Origin: Chloroflexota bacterium
GTDB taxonomy: Bacteria; Chloroflexota; Limnocylindria; Limnocylindrales; CSP1-4
Assembly (NCBI GenBank): GCA_021786385.1
Contig: JAJYNJ010000077.1
Location: 12,329-76,328, forward strand
Length of the DNA stretch: 64,000 bases
Reading direction: 5' to 3'
The notes beneath the pieces were generated by a model, which had not been told where the DNA came from, did not search any database, and saw only the letters and a program-made list of their open reading frames with translations. How positions within the stretch are numbered: position 1 is the stretch's first letter; every line of letters begins with the position of its first letter. Below are positions 29,412-39,402 of the stretch, piece after piece. The position numbers and the translations under genes are program-made.

Positions 29412-31075
29412 CAGGCGTCGCCCGGCGGCAGGGTCGGACCTCCGCCCTCGCCGCGCAACAGACGCCGGTGGTACGAGATCGGGATGCCGCCGGAGTAGAG
29501 GAGTTGATCGTGGAAGCGTCGCAGCGAGAACGCGTCGCCGAGCCGCCGCCGTTCCTCGTCGCGCAACCGGAGCAACAGGACTTTGCCAAGCAGGTAGCTG
29601 AGCTGGTAGGTCGGCGTGTAGGTGTAGCGGAAGACCTCGGCTTGGGCCTGCGCACGCGCAAATCCGGTCTGCGCCGCGAGGAAGTCCGTCGCCTCATCGA
29701 TCGAGAGCTCGCCCCGGTGCATTCGAACATCCAGCACGATGCGGCACGAGCGCCAGATCGCGTCCGTGTACAAGGCCACCATGAACTCGGGCCCGGCGTC
29801 GAAGCCTTGCTCCCGCATCATCTGCTCGCTGTACATGCCCCAGCCCTCGACGAACTCCGGGGCGTCGACGAGCGCGCGGACGAGGCTAGGGTGCGTGTTG
29901 GCCGCGGAGAGCTGCAGGTGGTGCCCGGGGTACGCCTCGTGCACGCTGGTGTTGCTGATCGACGCGCGGTAGTGCTCCTCCAGCGACACCGGCCCGTCGA
30001 CTGAAGGCGTCACCACGTAGATGCCCTCCGCCTGGGGGTCGAAGCGGGGCGGTTCGAAGTAGGCGGCAAAGGGGACCGCCGCCTTGCGCAGGTACTCCGG
30101 CGTCGCCTGCACCGTGAGCCGCTCACCGGGGGGCAGCGTGGCGAGGCCGCGCTCGACGATGTGGCGCCGGGCACGGAACATCGCGTCGCGATACGCATCG
30201 AGCGCGGCGTCGAACGTGGGCGGATGGTCCGCTCGGATGCGCGCGATCACCTCGGCCTCGCTCACCGACGGGTCCACCTCGCGCGCCGCCTCGCGCCGGC
30301 CGCGACGATTGAGCTCGAGCTGCTCCTCGCCGATGGCCAGGATCTCGTCGGATGTCACTCCGTCCAGCGCGCGCAGCTCGACGAGCCGCTCGTACCGTTC
30401 GCGTCCGAGCGGCCAGTCGTCGGTCGCGTCGGCCAGGCGGCCGCGCAGCCAGCCGGCGTATGCGTCCACTGCCGATTTGGCGCGCTCCGCCACGGACTCG
30501 AGGCGCCGTTGGGCCGGGCCGTGTTCCGGCCACACACTCCGGCCGGCCGCGACGACCTCGTCGAACAGGGTGGGCAGCTCGGCTGCGGACCCCAGGTCGA
30601 TCTCGTTCCAGAGCCGCACCGGATGAGGGCCCAGCCGCGAGCGGTGCTGCTGTAGGGCGACCGGCACAGCCTCCAGCCTCGCGGCGATCGCTTCCAGACG
30701 CTCGGAGAGGGGGGCAAAGTCGCGGGCGAGGATCGCGAAGACGGCGTCGCCGATCTCCTCCATCGCCGACGAGCGGCGTTCCCAGGTGCGCTCCTCTTCG
30801 AGGGCGAACAGCTGCAGGCGCCCAGTGTGCAGGGCGAGCTCGCGCTCGAACCGGACCTGTTCCGAGAGCCCGTCCGCAGCGAGCGCCGTGACGTCCGCCA
30901 GGTAGCGTCGCTCGTGGGCGATGCGGTCCTCGACCGCCTCCCGCGACCCGTCGCCGAGTCGGTGGTCCTCGGAATGGATCCCCATGAAGGTCGCGAAGAC
31001 GGGCATGGTCCGAATCAGGTACTCGAAGTGCTCCTCGACCAACGCCCAGAAGCGCGCGTCCAGAGGCTCGCTCAT
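29411..31075 (-). CDS. DUF885 family protein
   Basis: HEAYPGHHLQ, FVEGWGMYSE, PTYQLSY, FHD. Confidence 0.92.
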   Translation of the reverse strand: MSEPLDARFWALVEEHFEYLIRTMPVFATFMGIHSEDHRLGDGSREAVEDRIAHERRYLADVTALAADGLSEQVRFERELALHTGRLQLFALEEERTWERRSSAMEEIGDAVFAILARDFAPLSERLEAIAARLEAVPVALQQHRSRLGPHPVRLWNEIDLGSAAELPTLFDEVVAAGRSVWPEHGPAQRRLESVAERAKSAVDAYAGWLRGRLADATDDWPLGRERYERLVELRALDGVTSDEILAIGEEQLELNRRGRREAAREVDPSVSEAEVIARIRADHPPTFDAALDAYRDAMFRARRHIVERGLATLPPGERLTVQATPEYLRKAAVPFAAYFEPPRFDPQAEGIYVVTPSVDGPVSLEEHYRASISNTSVHEAYPGHHLQLSAANTHPSLVRALVDAPEFVEGWGMYSEQMMREQGFDAGPEFMVALYTDAIWRSCRIVLDVRMHRGELSIDEATDFLAAQTGFARAQAQAEVFRYTYTPTYQLSYLLGKVLLLRLRDEERRRLGDAFSLRRFHDQLLYSGGIPISYHRRLLRGEGGGPTLPPGDA

Positions 31076-31136
31076 CTCGCTCCGTTTCGAGGGCACCACC
31101 GGTCGGGGCCGTTCCCGACGATCTGCCCGTGCTCGC

Positions 31137-32261
31137 TCAGGCGACGGGGGTAGCGGGCACCGAAGCCGCGCCACACGCGGCGAGCGCCGACCGACAGGCG
31201 GCGATGACCCGCTCGATGTCATCCGCGTCGACCCCATAGTGCGTCACGGCGCGGATCGTGTCGTGGGGGTACTCGACCATCAGGACACCCTCGGCGCGCA
31301 GCGCCTCGAGGAAGCGGCCCCGCAGTGCGCGCGGCCGGAGCGAGGCCGCCGCGCTGCCGGGGTTGGCGGCCACGACGCGGAACACGACGAAGTTGGTGGT
31401 CGCGCGGGCGGGGTCGAGGTCGGCGATGCCGGGCATCGCGGCGAGCGCCTCCGCCAGGCGCCGGGCGTTCACGTGGTCTTCGGCGAGCCGCTCGATCATG
31501 CCGGCGGGGCCATCGCGGAGGGCCACGAGACCGGCTGCCGCCAGGATCCCGACCTGGCGCATCCCGCCGCCGACCAGTTTGCGGGCCCGACGCGCCCGGG
31601 CGACGAACCCCGCGGACCCGACGACGACCGATCCGACTGGGCAGGCCAGTCCCTTGGAGAGGCAGAACGTGGCCGAGTCGGCCGGCGCCACCAGCTGCGC
31701 GGCGCTGACGCCGAGCGCGATCGCCGCGTTGAAGAGACGCGCCCCGTCGATGTGCAGCGGGACGCCGTGGCCGTGCGCGATGGCGGCGATCTCGGCGGTG
31801 TACGCCGGCGTGAGCGGTTGCCCCATCGAGTGGGCGTGCGTGTTCTCGAGGACGACCAGCGCGGTCTGCGGCTCGTGGATGTCGAGGGGATCGCGGAACG
31901 CGGCATGGACGAGCGCCGGGTCCATGGTGCCGTCGGGCCGGGCGGGGATCCCGCGTGCAGACGCGCCGACGATCACCGCATGGCCAGCCTGCTCGTCCAT
32001 CAGGGTGTGCGACTCGGCCTCGGCGATGACCTCGCCGCCGCGGGGCACGTGCGCGATCAGCGAGACGAGGTTGCCCATCGTGCCCGAGGCGACGAAGAGC
32101 CCAGCTTGCATGCCGGTGATCTCGGCCGCGCGAGCCTCCAGGGCGGTGACGGTGGGGTCGTCGCCGAAGACGTCGTCGCCGACCTCGGCCTCGGCCATGG
32201 CGCGGCGCATCTCGGGCGTGGGATGGGTGACGGTGTCGGAACGCAGGTCGATCGGTGGCAT
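31137..32261 (-). CDS. ltaE: Low-specificity L-threonine aldolase
   Basis: [37 protein letters not shown]. Confidence 0.93.
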   Translation of the reverse strand: MPPIDLRSDTVTHPTPEMRRAMAEAEVGDDVFGDDPTVTALEARAAEITGMQAGLFVASGTMGNLVSLIAHVPRGGEVIAEAESHTLMDEQAGHAVIVGASARGIPARPDGTMDPALVHAAFRDPLDIHEPQTALVVLENTHAHSMGQPLTPAYTAEIAAIAHGHGVPLHIDGARLFNAAIALGVSAAQLVAPADSATFCLSKGLACPVGSVVVGSAGFVARARRARKLVGGGMRQVGILAAAGLVALRDGPAGMIERLAEDHVNARRLAEALAAMPGIADLDPARATTNFVVFRVVAANPGSAAASLRPRALRGRFLEALRAEGVLMVEYPHDTIRAVTHYGVDADDIERVIAACRSALAACGAASVPATPVA

Positions 32262-32351
32262 CGGAGGGAGTATAAGGTGACATGTGCGGCGAGCCCCGCC
32301 CCGGGCGGGTGCGATCGCCTGCCGCACCTGCTACACTCCGGCGCGCCGCAC

Positions 32352-32428
32352 GGACCCGTGGTGTAGCGGCCAAACATGCCAGCCTGTCACGCTGGAGATC
32401 GCCGGTTCGAATCCGGTCGGGTCCGCCA
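32352..32428 (+). tRNA. tRNA-Asp(GTC)
   Basis: GGACCCG acceptor, CCAGC-CTGTCAC-GCTGG anticodon arm, GTTCGAATC, CCA. Confidence 0.97.
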
Positions 32429-32551
32429 TCGTCCTTGCGCCGTCGTGAGGCGCTGCCGCATGGGCGTCCGGTGGCGCTGACCACCGGGCCTCGGCCCCCG
32501 CCGCCGGCCGCAGCTCCCGGTCCCGGCGCTGCCTCCCGCCGCTCCGCGCTG

Positions 32552-33043
32552 CTACTCCTTGCGGCCCGCCGGCCAGGTGCCCATCACCTGGCGCAGGATG
32601 GCGAACTCACCGATGTGGTACGCATTGTGGTCGCCGACGAGCCGGATCTCCCGCAGGATCGTGTGCCCAGGAGTGCCAGGGATCGTCGCCAGCAGGTCGG
32701 TCGCCGGGTCGGCCACCAGGTTGTGCAAGACTTGTCTGTCCGCCTTGATCGCCTCGACCGTCTGTGCGAACCGCTCGGCTGTCGCGGTCGCGTCGCGTGA
32801 CGGCCAGTACTCCTCTGGCCAGTTCGGTGCGATGTAGTCGCGGTTCCGGATGTAGTCGAGGATGTCCGCCTGCGCGATTCGGATGTGCTCCAGAAGGTGC
32901 CAGGGCGTGTAGGGCACGTTGGGTGGGTGTCGGTTGATCGCATCGGCGGGGAAACGAGCTACCGCCGCGTCGAACGGCATGTGGGCGCCGTGTCCGTCGA
33001 GCAGCTCGAGCAGCTGCTGCCGCAGGATGTCGGTGTCGACCAT
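32552..33043 (-). CDS. DinB family protein
   Basis: GAH, LEHIRIAQ, DHNAYHIGE: the three-His DinB pattern. Confidence 0.88.
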   Translation of the reverse strand: MVDTDILRQQLLELLDGHGAHMPFDAAVARFPADAINRHPPNVPYTPWHLLEHIRIAQADILDYIRNRDYIAPNWPEEYWPSRDATATAERFAQTVEAIKADRQVLHNLVADPATDLLATIPGTPGHTILREIRLVGDHNAYHIGEFAILRQVMGTWPAGRKE

Positions 33044-33104
33044 CTCGTTCTCCTCGTCGCGCATTGGTCGCGCAGACCCGGTCATTCCAGCGGCCGCGGG
33101 CCTG

Positions 33105-33491
33105 GCGCGCGAAGGCCTGCGTCGAACACGAAGGCGACCGCGATCCCGTGGCGCCTGGCGAAGGCGATCGTCATGCGGTCCACGAAGCTCGTGCCATCTG
33201 CGCAGAGCGGGAGTCCGCCACGGCCATGTCGTGGACGCCCCGCTCGACCATCGATCCGGCTCGGCGAGGTACTCGTCGTGGTGCTCGGAGAGGTCGTGCG
33301 CGCCCGAGCGGAAGCGGCCGAAAGACCGTGCGTGCCCGTTCGCGAGCTGCCCTTCGCGCCTCCGCCCCCTCCGGGTACGCACGGTCGACCGCCGCGCGGG
33401 TGAGCGCGCTGGTGCTGGCCCGCTGGCGTCGCGCCTCGCGACGGAGACGCTCATGCTGAGGATCGGTGAGACCGACCGGGATCCGTCGCAT
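33105..33491 (-). pseudogene. Degraded vapBC toxin-antitoxin pair
   Basis: RHH antitoxin MRRIPVGLTDPQHERLRREARR.. frameshifts into FGRFRSGAHDLSEHHDEYLAE. It is followed by only a PIN C-terminal fragment, SFVDRMTIAFARRHGIAVAFVFD. Confidence 0.7.
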
Positions 33492-33720
33492 GGTCGAGAT
33501 GATGCCACTCGAGCCATACGGTGATCTCCGGTTCGGCGCGTCAGTGTGCGCCACGGGCCGGGTGCGCCGCCACGACCTGGCCGGATGCACCGCCGCCGGG
33601 TGCGTCGCCACGGGCCGGAGATGCTCGCTCCACGGGCTGCGTTCGCTCGCCCAGCGCGCCCTCGATCGCTCGTCGTTGCAGCCGCCGATCGTTGCCTGGC
33701 GCGGGTACCCTGCTCTCGTC

Positions 33721-34443
33721 ATGGCAGGCTCCACCATCGGACGACTGGACCCGCGGCTCCGCGCGTTGATCTGCGACAGCGACCCGCGGGTGGTGGGGGC
33801 GATCGCCCACGCGCTCGGTGAGGCGGGGTTCGAGGTGGTCACGATCTACCGCACAGAGGCCGCCGTGACGCGTCTGCTCGACGAGCGCCCGGACGTCGTG
33901 ATCCTGGGACCGAGCCGCGACGTGGAGCCGCTCGTCGCGATCCCCCGGCTGCTCGCCCGCGCGCCGATCCCGATCCTGGCCGTCTCGGCGTTCCACGACG
34001 AGGCCTCCGTCGTCGCTGTGCTGGAGGCCGGAGCGGACGACGTGCTCGACTCGGCCTTCCGACCGCTGGAGCTGGTGGCTCGCGTTCGGGCGTTACTCCG
34101 TCGGCGAGCCGCACCGACCGTCGCGTCGGAGGCGCCGCTGCCGGATGGCCTGCGCATCGACGTCGGGCGCCGGGAGGCGTGGGTGGACGAACGGCCGGTC
34201 GAGCTGACACCCATCGAGTTCGAGCTGCTCTGCGCGATCGCGGCCCGGCGCGGTGACGTGGTGGACCACCGCACCTTGCTGCGTGCCGGGTGGCCAGGGC
34301 GCGCGGACGTCGATCCGGACCTGTTGCGCACTCACCTGACGCACCTGAACGGGAAGCTCGTGGCGGCCGGCCACCCGGGGCTGCGCAACGTGCGATCGAT
34401 CGGCTACGCGTTGCGGGTGGAGGGCGGCGTCCGCCCGGAGTGA
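33721..34443 (+). CDS. OmpR-family response regulator with atypical receiver
   Basis: LEAGADD, ELVARVRALLRR, LTPIEFELL, NVRSIGY winged helix. Confidence 0.85.
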   Translation: MAGSTIGRLDPRLRALICDSDPRVVGAIAHALGEAGFEVVTIYRTEAAVTRLLDERPDVVILGPSRDVEPLVAIPRLLARAPIPILAVSAFHDEASVVAVLEAGADDVLDSAFRPLELVARVRALLRRRAAPTVASEAPLPDGLRIDVGRREAWVDERPVELTPIEFELLCAIAARRGDVVDHRTLLRAGWPGRADVDPDLLRTHLTHLNGKLVAAGHPGLRNVRSIGYALRVEGGVRPE

Positions 34444-34664
34444 TCGCCGGCGTCGGCGGCTTCACGGAACCGGCACCGTTCCGCAACCCGTTCTCAACGG
34501 CTTCTCCCTTCGCTCGAGCACGCGCCGCCCATAGGGTAGGGATCCGGGGCGAAGGCCGGTTCCGCGCCTGGGGCCGGCCGAGGTCCCTTGGACGGCGGCG
34601 CCGTTGCGACCGGCGGCGTGCGCCAACCCAGCCGCCATTCGCCACCAGCAAGAGGGGGAAACGC

Positions 34665-36224
34665 ATGGCCGCCACCTCAGCCGACGAGATGAAGCGGACG
34701 CTCAGCCTGACGGGTCTGACGATCAACGCCATGGCGCTCATCGCGCCCGGCGCCTTCCTGTGGACGACCTTCCAGTCGCAGGCGCTGCAGACGAACGGCG
34801 GGCAGACGACCGCCTTCGAGATGGTCCCCGGCCTGCTCTTCGCCCTGTTGCTGGCGTTCCTCACAGCGTGGTCGTATTCGGAACTGTCGGATCTGTACCC
34901 GAACGCGGGCGCCGGGTCTTCGTACTACTTCGCCGAGGCGGCGTTCCTCGAGCGCGAGGAAGCCTTTCACTACCGGTTCGCTCGGCTCGCGAAGTTCGTC
35001 GTGGGGTGGATCTCGCACCTCTACTACTGGATCTACCCCGGCATCATGGTCGCCTTCACCGGCACGCTCGCCGTGTACATCCTCGGCCTCTTCAACGTCA
35101 CGCTCTCCACGCCGTTCGAGATCGGGGTGGCGGTGCTCTTTGCGGCGATCACGGGCCTGATCGCGTTCCGTGGCATCTCCGGCTCGACGATGACGGCCAT
35201 CGTCATCAACGTCATCCAGCTCACGGCGCTCGTGGCGTTCAGCGTGCTGGCGATCGCGTTCCGGCTCAGCCATCCGGAGCTCTCGTACGCCCAGCCCAGT
35301 CTGGCGGCCGTGGTGCTCCCCCACAACCTCATGAACGTCCTCTTTCAGGGCACCATCGCGATCCTGTTGCTGGTCGGGTTCGAGTCGGTGACCGCGTTGG
35401 GGGCCGAGGCGGTCAACCCCAAGCGCGACATTCGGCGCGCAGTGCTGCTCTCGCTGGCGATCCAGGGCGGGTTCGCCTACATCCTCGAGTACGTCTCGGC
35501 CAACTTCTTCGTGAACTCCAGCATCACGGCCCAGGTGACGGACGCCGCGGGGAGGGTCACCACGGTGACCGGCTATGCCGCGGCCGCCGCGTCCGGCGCG
35601 CCCATCGGCGACATGATCCGTTTCATCGGCGACCGGATGCTCGACGGCACCGGTCTCGCGCTCGCGTTGATCCTGGCGGCGACCGTCCTCGTTGCGCTCA
35701 TCGGGACCACGCTCGCCTGCCTCAACACCGGCGTGCGCATCACCTACGTGATGGGCCGCGACCGTGAGGTGCCGGGCATCCTGGGTCTGCTCCACGGCCG
35801 CTACGCCACGCCGCACTACGGGATCTTGGCGCTGGCGGCGATCTCCGCGCTGCTCGGCGCCTACGGGGTGCTGAGCGCGGACAACCTGCTGCAGATCATC
35901 CTCGCGTCGAACGCGGGCACGTTCCTCGTCTACGGTATGACCAACGCGATCGTCATCGTGGCGTTCTGGCATCGCGCGGAGCGGAGCGCGATCCGGCACG
36001 TGATCGTCCCCGGGCTCGGTCTGCTCGCCAACGTGGCCATGCTCGGTGCCGTCGTCTTCCTCAGTCTGAGCTCGGGCGGCGCCACGCAGAGCGACACGCT
36101 CATCGCGCTCGGGATCGTCGTGGCCTGGATCGCCATCGGCGCCGCGTGGTTGGTAGCCAACTCGCGCGCCAGCAGACGCGCGCTCTTGGTCTCGCCGGTC
36201 ACCGGCGGGGGGGCCGAGGCGTAG
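34665..36224 (+). CDS. APC family (amino acid) permease
   Basis: ~12 TM segments; AGSSYYF, LVGFESVTALGAEAVNPKRDI. Confidence 0.9.
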   Translation: MAATSADEMKRTLSLTGLTINAMALIAPGAFLWTTFQSQALQTNGGQTTAFEMVPGLLFALLLAFLTAWSYSELSDLYPNAGAGSSYYFAEAAFLEREEAFHYRFARLAKFVVGWISHLYYWIYPGIMVAFTGTLAVYILGLFNVTLSTPFEIGVAVLFAAITGLIAFRGISGSTMTAIVINVIQLTALVAFSVLAIAFRLSHPELSYAQPSLAAVVLPHNLMNVLFQGTIAILLLVGFESVTALGAEAVNPKRDIRRAVLLSLAIQGGFAYILEYVSANFFVNSSITAQVTDAAGRVTTVTGYAAAAASGAPIGDMIRFIGDRMLDGTGLALALILAATVLVALIGTTLACLNTGVRITYVMGRDREVPGILGLLHGRYATPHYGILALAAISALLGAYGVLSADNLLQIILASNAGTFLVYGMTNAIVIVAFWHRAERSAIRHVIVPGLGLLANVAMLGAVVFLSLSSGGATQSDTLIALGIVVAWIAIGAAWLVANSRASRRALLVSPVTGGGAEA

Positions 36225-36338
36225 GGGCGGGGCACGCGGTGCGTCGGCCCCCGCCTCCCGGGTCCACTGTCGCGGCGCGCCCCCCCGCCCCCGCAGCGCG
36301 CCCGCGCGCCGCCCCGTCCTCGTGACCGCCCCGTCCTC

Positions 36339-37262
36339 GTGACCGCCCCGTTGCCCCGGCTCGCGAAACTATCGAGCGACTCCGAACGACCGGCGGCCGT
36401 CTCCGTCGAGCTTGCCGGGCTCTCCGTCACCGGTCCGGTGCGCCGGCGCAACGAGGACCGGCTCGGTTGGTCCGTGCCCGGGGACCGGGTGTGGGTCCCG
36501 ACCAGGCAGGGCGACGAGCGCATCGCCGCTGCGGAGCTGGCGGGACCGGTGGTGGTCGCGGCGGTGGCGGACGGGCTGGGTGGACACGCCGGGGGCGACC
36601 TCGCGAGCCGGTTCGCGATCACGACGCTCCTCGACCGGATCAGCTCGCCGGACACGCTGCGGCGTCTGCCGGAGGCGTTGCGTGACGCGTTCCTGGAAAC
36701 CAACGGCCGTCTTCTCGCTGGTGACTTGGGCAGCGACGGTGCGCCGGGGGGTCGGCACCTCGGTGGGCAGACGACGCTGACGGCCCTCGCGCTCACCGCC
36801 GACACCGCACACGTCGCCCATGTGGGCGACTGTCGCGCGTACCGCCTGCGCGACGAGGCGCTCGAGCTGATGACCACCGACCACTCGCAGGCGATGGAGC
36901 TGCTGCGCATGCGCCTGATCCGTCCCGAGCAGGCGGCGACCCATCCGGGCCGGCACCTGCTGACGCGCTCGCTCGGCGGCGACGTGTCGGTGCGGGTCGA
37001 CGTCCGATCGGGCGCGGTACGGGAGGGGGACGCCTACCTGCTCTGCTCCGATGGCGTCTGGAGCGGTGTGTCGTCCGGCGAGATCCTGGCTGCGTTGGAG
37101 GGCGATCTGGCCGTGGGCGTGCAGGACCTGGTCGCGCGTTCGCTGGCGCGAGGGTGCGACGATAATGCCAGCGTGATCGCGCTGCGGGTCCTCCATCTGG
37201 CTGCGCCCCTCGGGTCGGATGCGGTGCGGCGGCCGCTCTGGCGCCGGGTCCTCGGCGCGTGA
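36339..37262 (+). CDS. PP2C-family Ser/Thr protein phosphatase
   Basis: RRRNED, VADGLGGH, HVGDCRAY, DHS, LCSDG, DNAS. Confidence 0.92.
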   Translation: MTAPLPRLAKLSSDSERPAAVSVELAGLSVTGPVRRRNEDRLGWSVPGDRVWVPTRQGDERIAAAELAGPVVVAAVADGLGGHAGGDLASRFAITTLLDRISSPDTLRRLPEALRDAFLETNGRLLAGDLGSDGAPGGRHLGGQTTLTALALTADTAHVAHVGDCRAYRLRDEALELMTTDHSQAMELLRMRLIRPEQAATHPGRHLLTRSLGGDVSVRVDVRSGAVREGDAYLLCSDGVWSGVSSGEILAALEGDLAVGVQDLVARSLARGCDDNASVIALRVLHLAAPLGSDAVRRPLWRRVLGA

Positions 37263-38245
37263 CTGGCGCCGAGCTCAAGCCGGGCGACATCCTCGACCGC
37301 TTTCGCATCGTCGAGGCGATCGGGCACGGGGCGTTCAGCGACGTCTACCTGGCCACGGACCCACAGGGCCGGCGGGTCGTGCTCAAGTGTCCGCACGAGG
37401 CGCTGCTGGGGGACGTTTCCGCGTTCGACCGCTTTCGCCGGGAGATCGAGATCGTGCGGCGCCTGGACCATCCCGGCATCCAGCGGGCATACGATGAGGG
37501 CGAGGCGCGCAGTCGCCCATACCTGGTGCTGGAGTACGTCGAGGGGAAGACGCTGCGCGCCGTGCTCCGCGAGCGCGGCCGGCTCCCCGTGGACGAGGCG
37601 GTCGAGATCGCCAGGCAGCTGGCGGCGGCGATGGCTTCGGCACACGCGCGGGGGATCTATCACCGCGACCTGAAGCCCGAGAACGTGCTGATTACGCCCG
37701 AGGGGCGGGTGGTCGTGACGGATTTCGGGATCGGGCTGATGGCGGGTGCGCGGCGCCTGACCTGGCGGTGGCTGACGTCGACGATCGGGACGCCCGACTA
37801 CATGGCGCCGGAGCAGGTGCAGGGCAAACGCGGCGACGCCCGCACCGACGTCTACGCGCTCGGCGTGATCCTCTTCGAGATGCTCGCGGGCCGCGTGCCG
37901 TGGGAGGGGGACGACCCGCTGGCGATCATGGGCCAGCACGTGAATGCGGTCGTGCCGTCCCTCCGCGAGATCGACCGGACGATCCCGCCCCCGATCGAGG
38001 GGATCGTGCGGAAGTGTCTGCGCAAGAATCCGGACGAGCGCTACCCGGACGCGGGAGCGCTGCTGCGCGACCTGGAGTCCTGGCCGGACCTGGACCTCGC
38101 CGGCTTCGTGTTCGCTGCGGAGGCGCCGGTCCGCCTGGAGTCGCGGCGGGGGTTGTGGCTCCTGGCGGCGGGTATCAGTGTGGGCTTCCTGCTCGCGTCT
38201 CTCCTGTTCGTGGCCGCCGTGTATCTGTTGCAGCACGGCGGGTAA
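37259..38245 (+). CDS. Hanks-type Ser/Thr protein kinase with C-terminal TM
   Basis: GHGAFSDVY, HRDLKPEN, DFG, GTPDYMAPE; overlaps the phosphatase stop. Confidence 0.95.
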   Translation: MTGAELKPGDILDRFRIVEAIGHGAFSDVYLATDPQGRRVVLKCPHEALLGDVSAFDRFRREIEIVRRLDHPGIQRAYDEGEARSRPYLVLEYVEGKTLRAVLRERGRLPVDEAVEIARQLAAAMASAHARGIYHRDLKPENVLITPEGRVVVTDFGIGLMAGARRLTWRWLTSTIGTPDYMAPEQVQGKRGDARTDVYALGVILFEMLAGRVPWEGDDPLAIMGQHVNAVVPSLREIDRTIPPPIEGIVRKCLRKNPDERYPDAGALLRDLESWPDLDLAGFVFAAEAPVRLESRRGLWLLAAGISVGFLLASLLFVAAVYLLQHGG

Positions 38246-38313
38246 GGGCGGCGGACGCGTGCGCGCGCGCCGCGACGTGTGGCACCCTCGGGTGGCTCCC
38301 CGCGCGCCGCCGG

Positions 38314-39231
38314 CTACTGCTCCCGCAGTCCGGCGAACAGGTCGTCCTCCGGGAGGCGCACCGGCGCCACGCGCGATTCCCGCAACGTGAAGTCCTCGGT
38401 TGGCGCAATGCGGCGCCACTGCGCCGGGGTGATCGCGAGGAACGGGGAATCCTGGGCGATCTGGGTGGCGTGCTCTCGCAATGCCGCGTGTTTGGCCTCC
38501 AGGAAGTCGCTGACGTCAACGCGCGTCGTGACCGGCCCCTGCGCCGCGGCCATCCTCGCCAGCCACTCCTCGCGCGCGCGTCGCTGCTCGTCCGTCTCGT
38601 CGGCGCGAGGCCCCCACGGCGGCTCGATGCCCTGCTCCCGCAGCAGCGCGTTCAGTTCCTCCCGTCGTTCGATGTCGAGCACGATTTCGTAGAACTTGCG
38701 CGGCGCCCACGGCTCGAGCGCGCGCGGGCCACGGAGCTGTTCCCCGTATGCCAACGGGTCACCGGCGCGGGCGAAGGCGGCCTTGGCGATCTGTGCGGCG
38801 CGGATGTGATCGGGATGCAGATACCCGCCCGCGTCGTTGTAGCTGACCAGGACATGCGGCCGTTCTCGGCGCACGATCCCCACCAGCCGCCCTGTAGCCT
38901 CCTCGAGGTCGGCCTGCCAGAACGATCGCGGGTCGTCGTTGTCGGGCGCGCCCTCCATCCCGGAGTCGCGGTACCCGAGCCAGTGGTGCTCGATCGGGCC
39001 GAGTCGTGCCAATGCCCGTGCTAGTTCCAGCTGCCGGATCTCGCCGAGCCGCGCGTGGTTCGCGGGCGTATCGAGCGCGGGGACGACGATCTCGCCGACT
39101 TCTCCGTACGTGCAGGTCACGCAGACGACGCGGATCCCTTGGGCGGCGTACTTGGCCATGACCCCGCCGGTGGCGATCGTCTCGTCGTCAGGGTGGGCGT
39201 GCACCGTCATCAAGGTCAAGGGGTCGCTCAT
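38314..39231 (-). CDS. PIG-L family deacetylase (MshB/Mca-like)
   Basis: HAHPDDE, LGYRDSGM, GGYLHPDH, HATQI, DDLFAGL. Confidence 0.92.
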   Translation of the reverse strand: MSDPLTLMTVHAHPDDETIATGGVMAKYAAQGIRVVCVTCTYGEVGEIVVPALDTPANHARLGEIRQLELARALARLGPIEHHWLGYRDSGMEGAPDNDDPRSFWQADLEEATGRLVGIVRRERPHVLVSYNDAGGYLHPDHIRAAQIAKAAFARAGDPLAYGEQLRGPRALEPWAPRKFYEIVLDIERREELNALLREQGIEPPWGPRADETDEQRRAREEWLARMAAAQGPVTTRVDVSDFLEAKHAALREHATQIAQDSPFLAITPAQWRRIAPTEDFTLRESRVAPVRLPEDDLFAGLREQ

Positions 39232-39274
39232 GGCGCCCATGGTAATCGCGCGGCCGCCGATCGCTCCGCGGCCC

Positions 39275-39402
39275 GCCGATGGCGCCGTCCTGCCGATGGC
39301 GCCGTCCTGCCGGTGGCGCGGTTCTGCCGCCGATCGCGCCGGCGCCCGCCGGTCGCGCCGTCCTGCCGGTCGCGCCGTCCTGCCGATGGCGCCGTCCTGC
39401 CG
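39275..39402. repeat. 17-bp degenerate direct repeats (~5 copies)
   Basis: gccgatggcgccgtcct / gccggtcgcgccgtcct units. Confidence 0.8.

Noticed and set aside
34445-34664. c-di-AMP (ydaO) or amino-acid riboswitch before the APC permease
   Set aside because: GC-rich hairpins are possible but I could not find the conserved riboswitch motifs.
32352-38245. Genomic island integrated at tRNA-Asp
   Set aside because: No integrase, no duplicated tRNA 3' end noticed, and no clear compositional shift.
38314-39231. Assigning mshB or mca
   Set aside because: The PIG-L family is clear, but substrate cannot be determined and no mycothiol genes are in the window.
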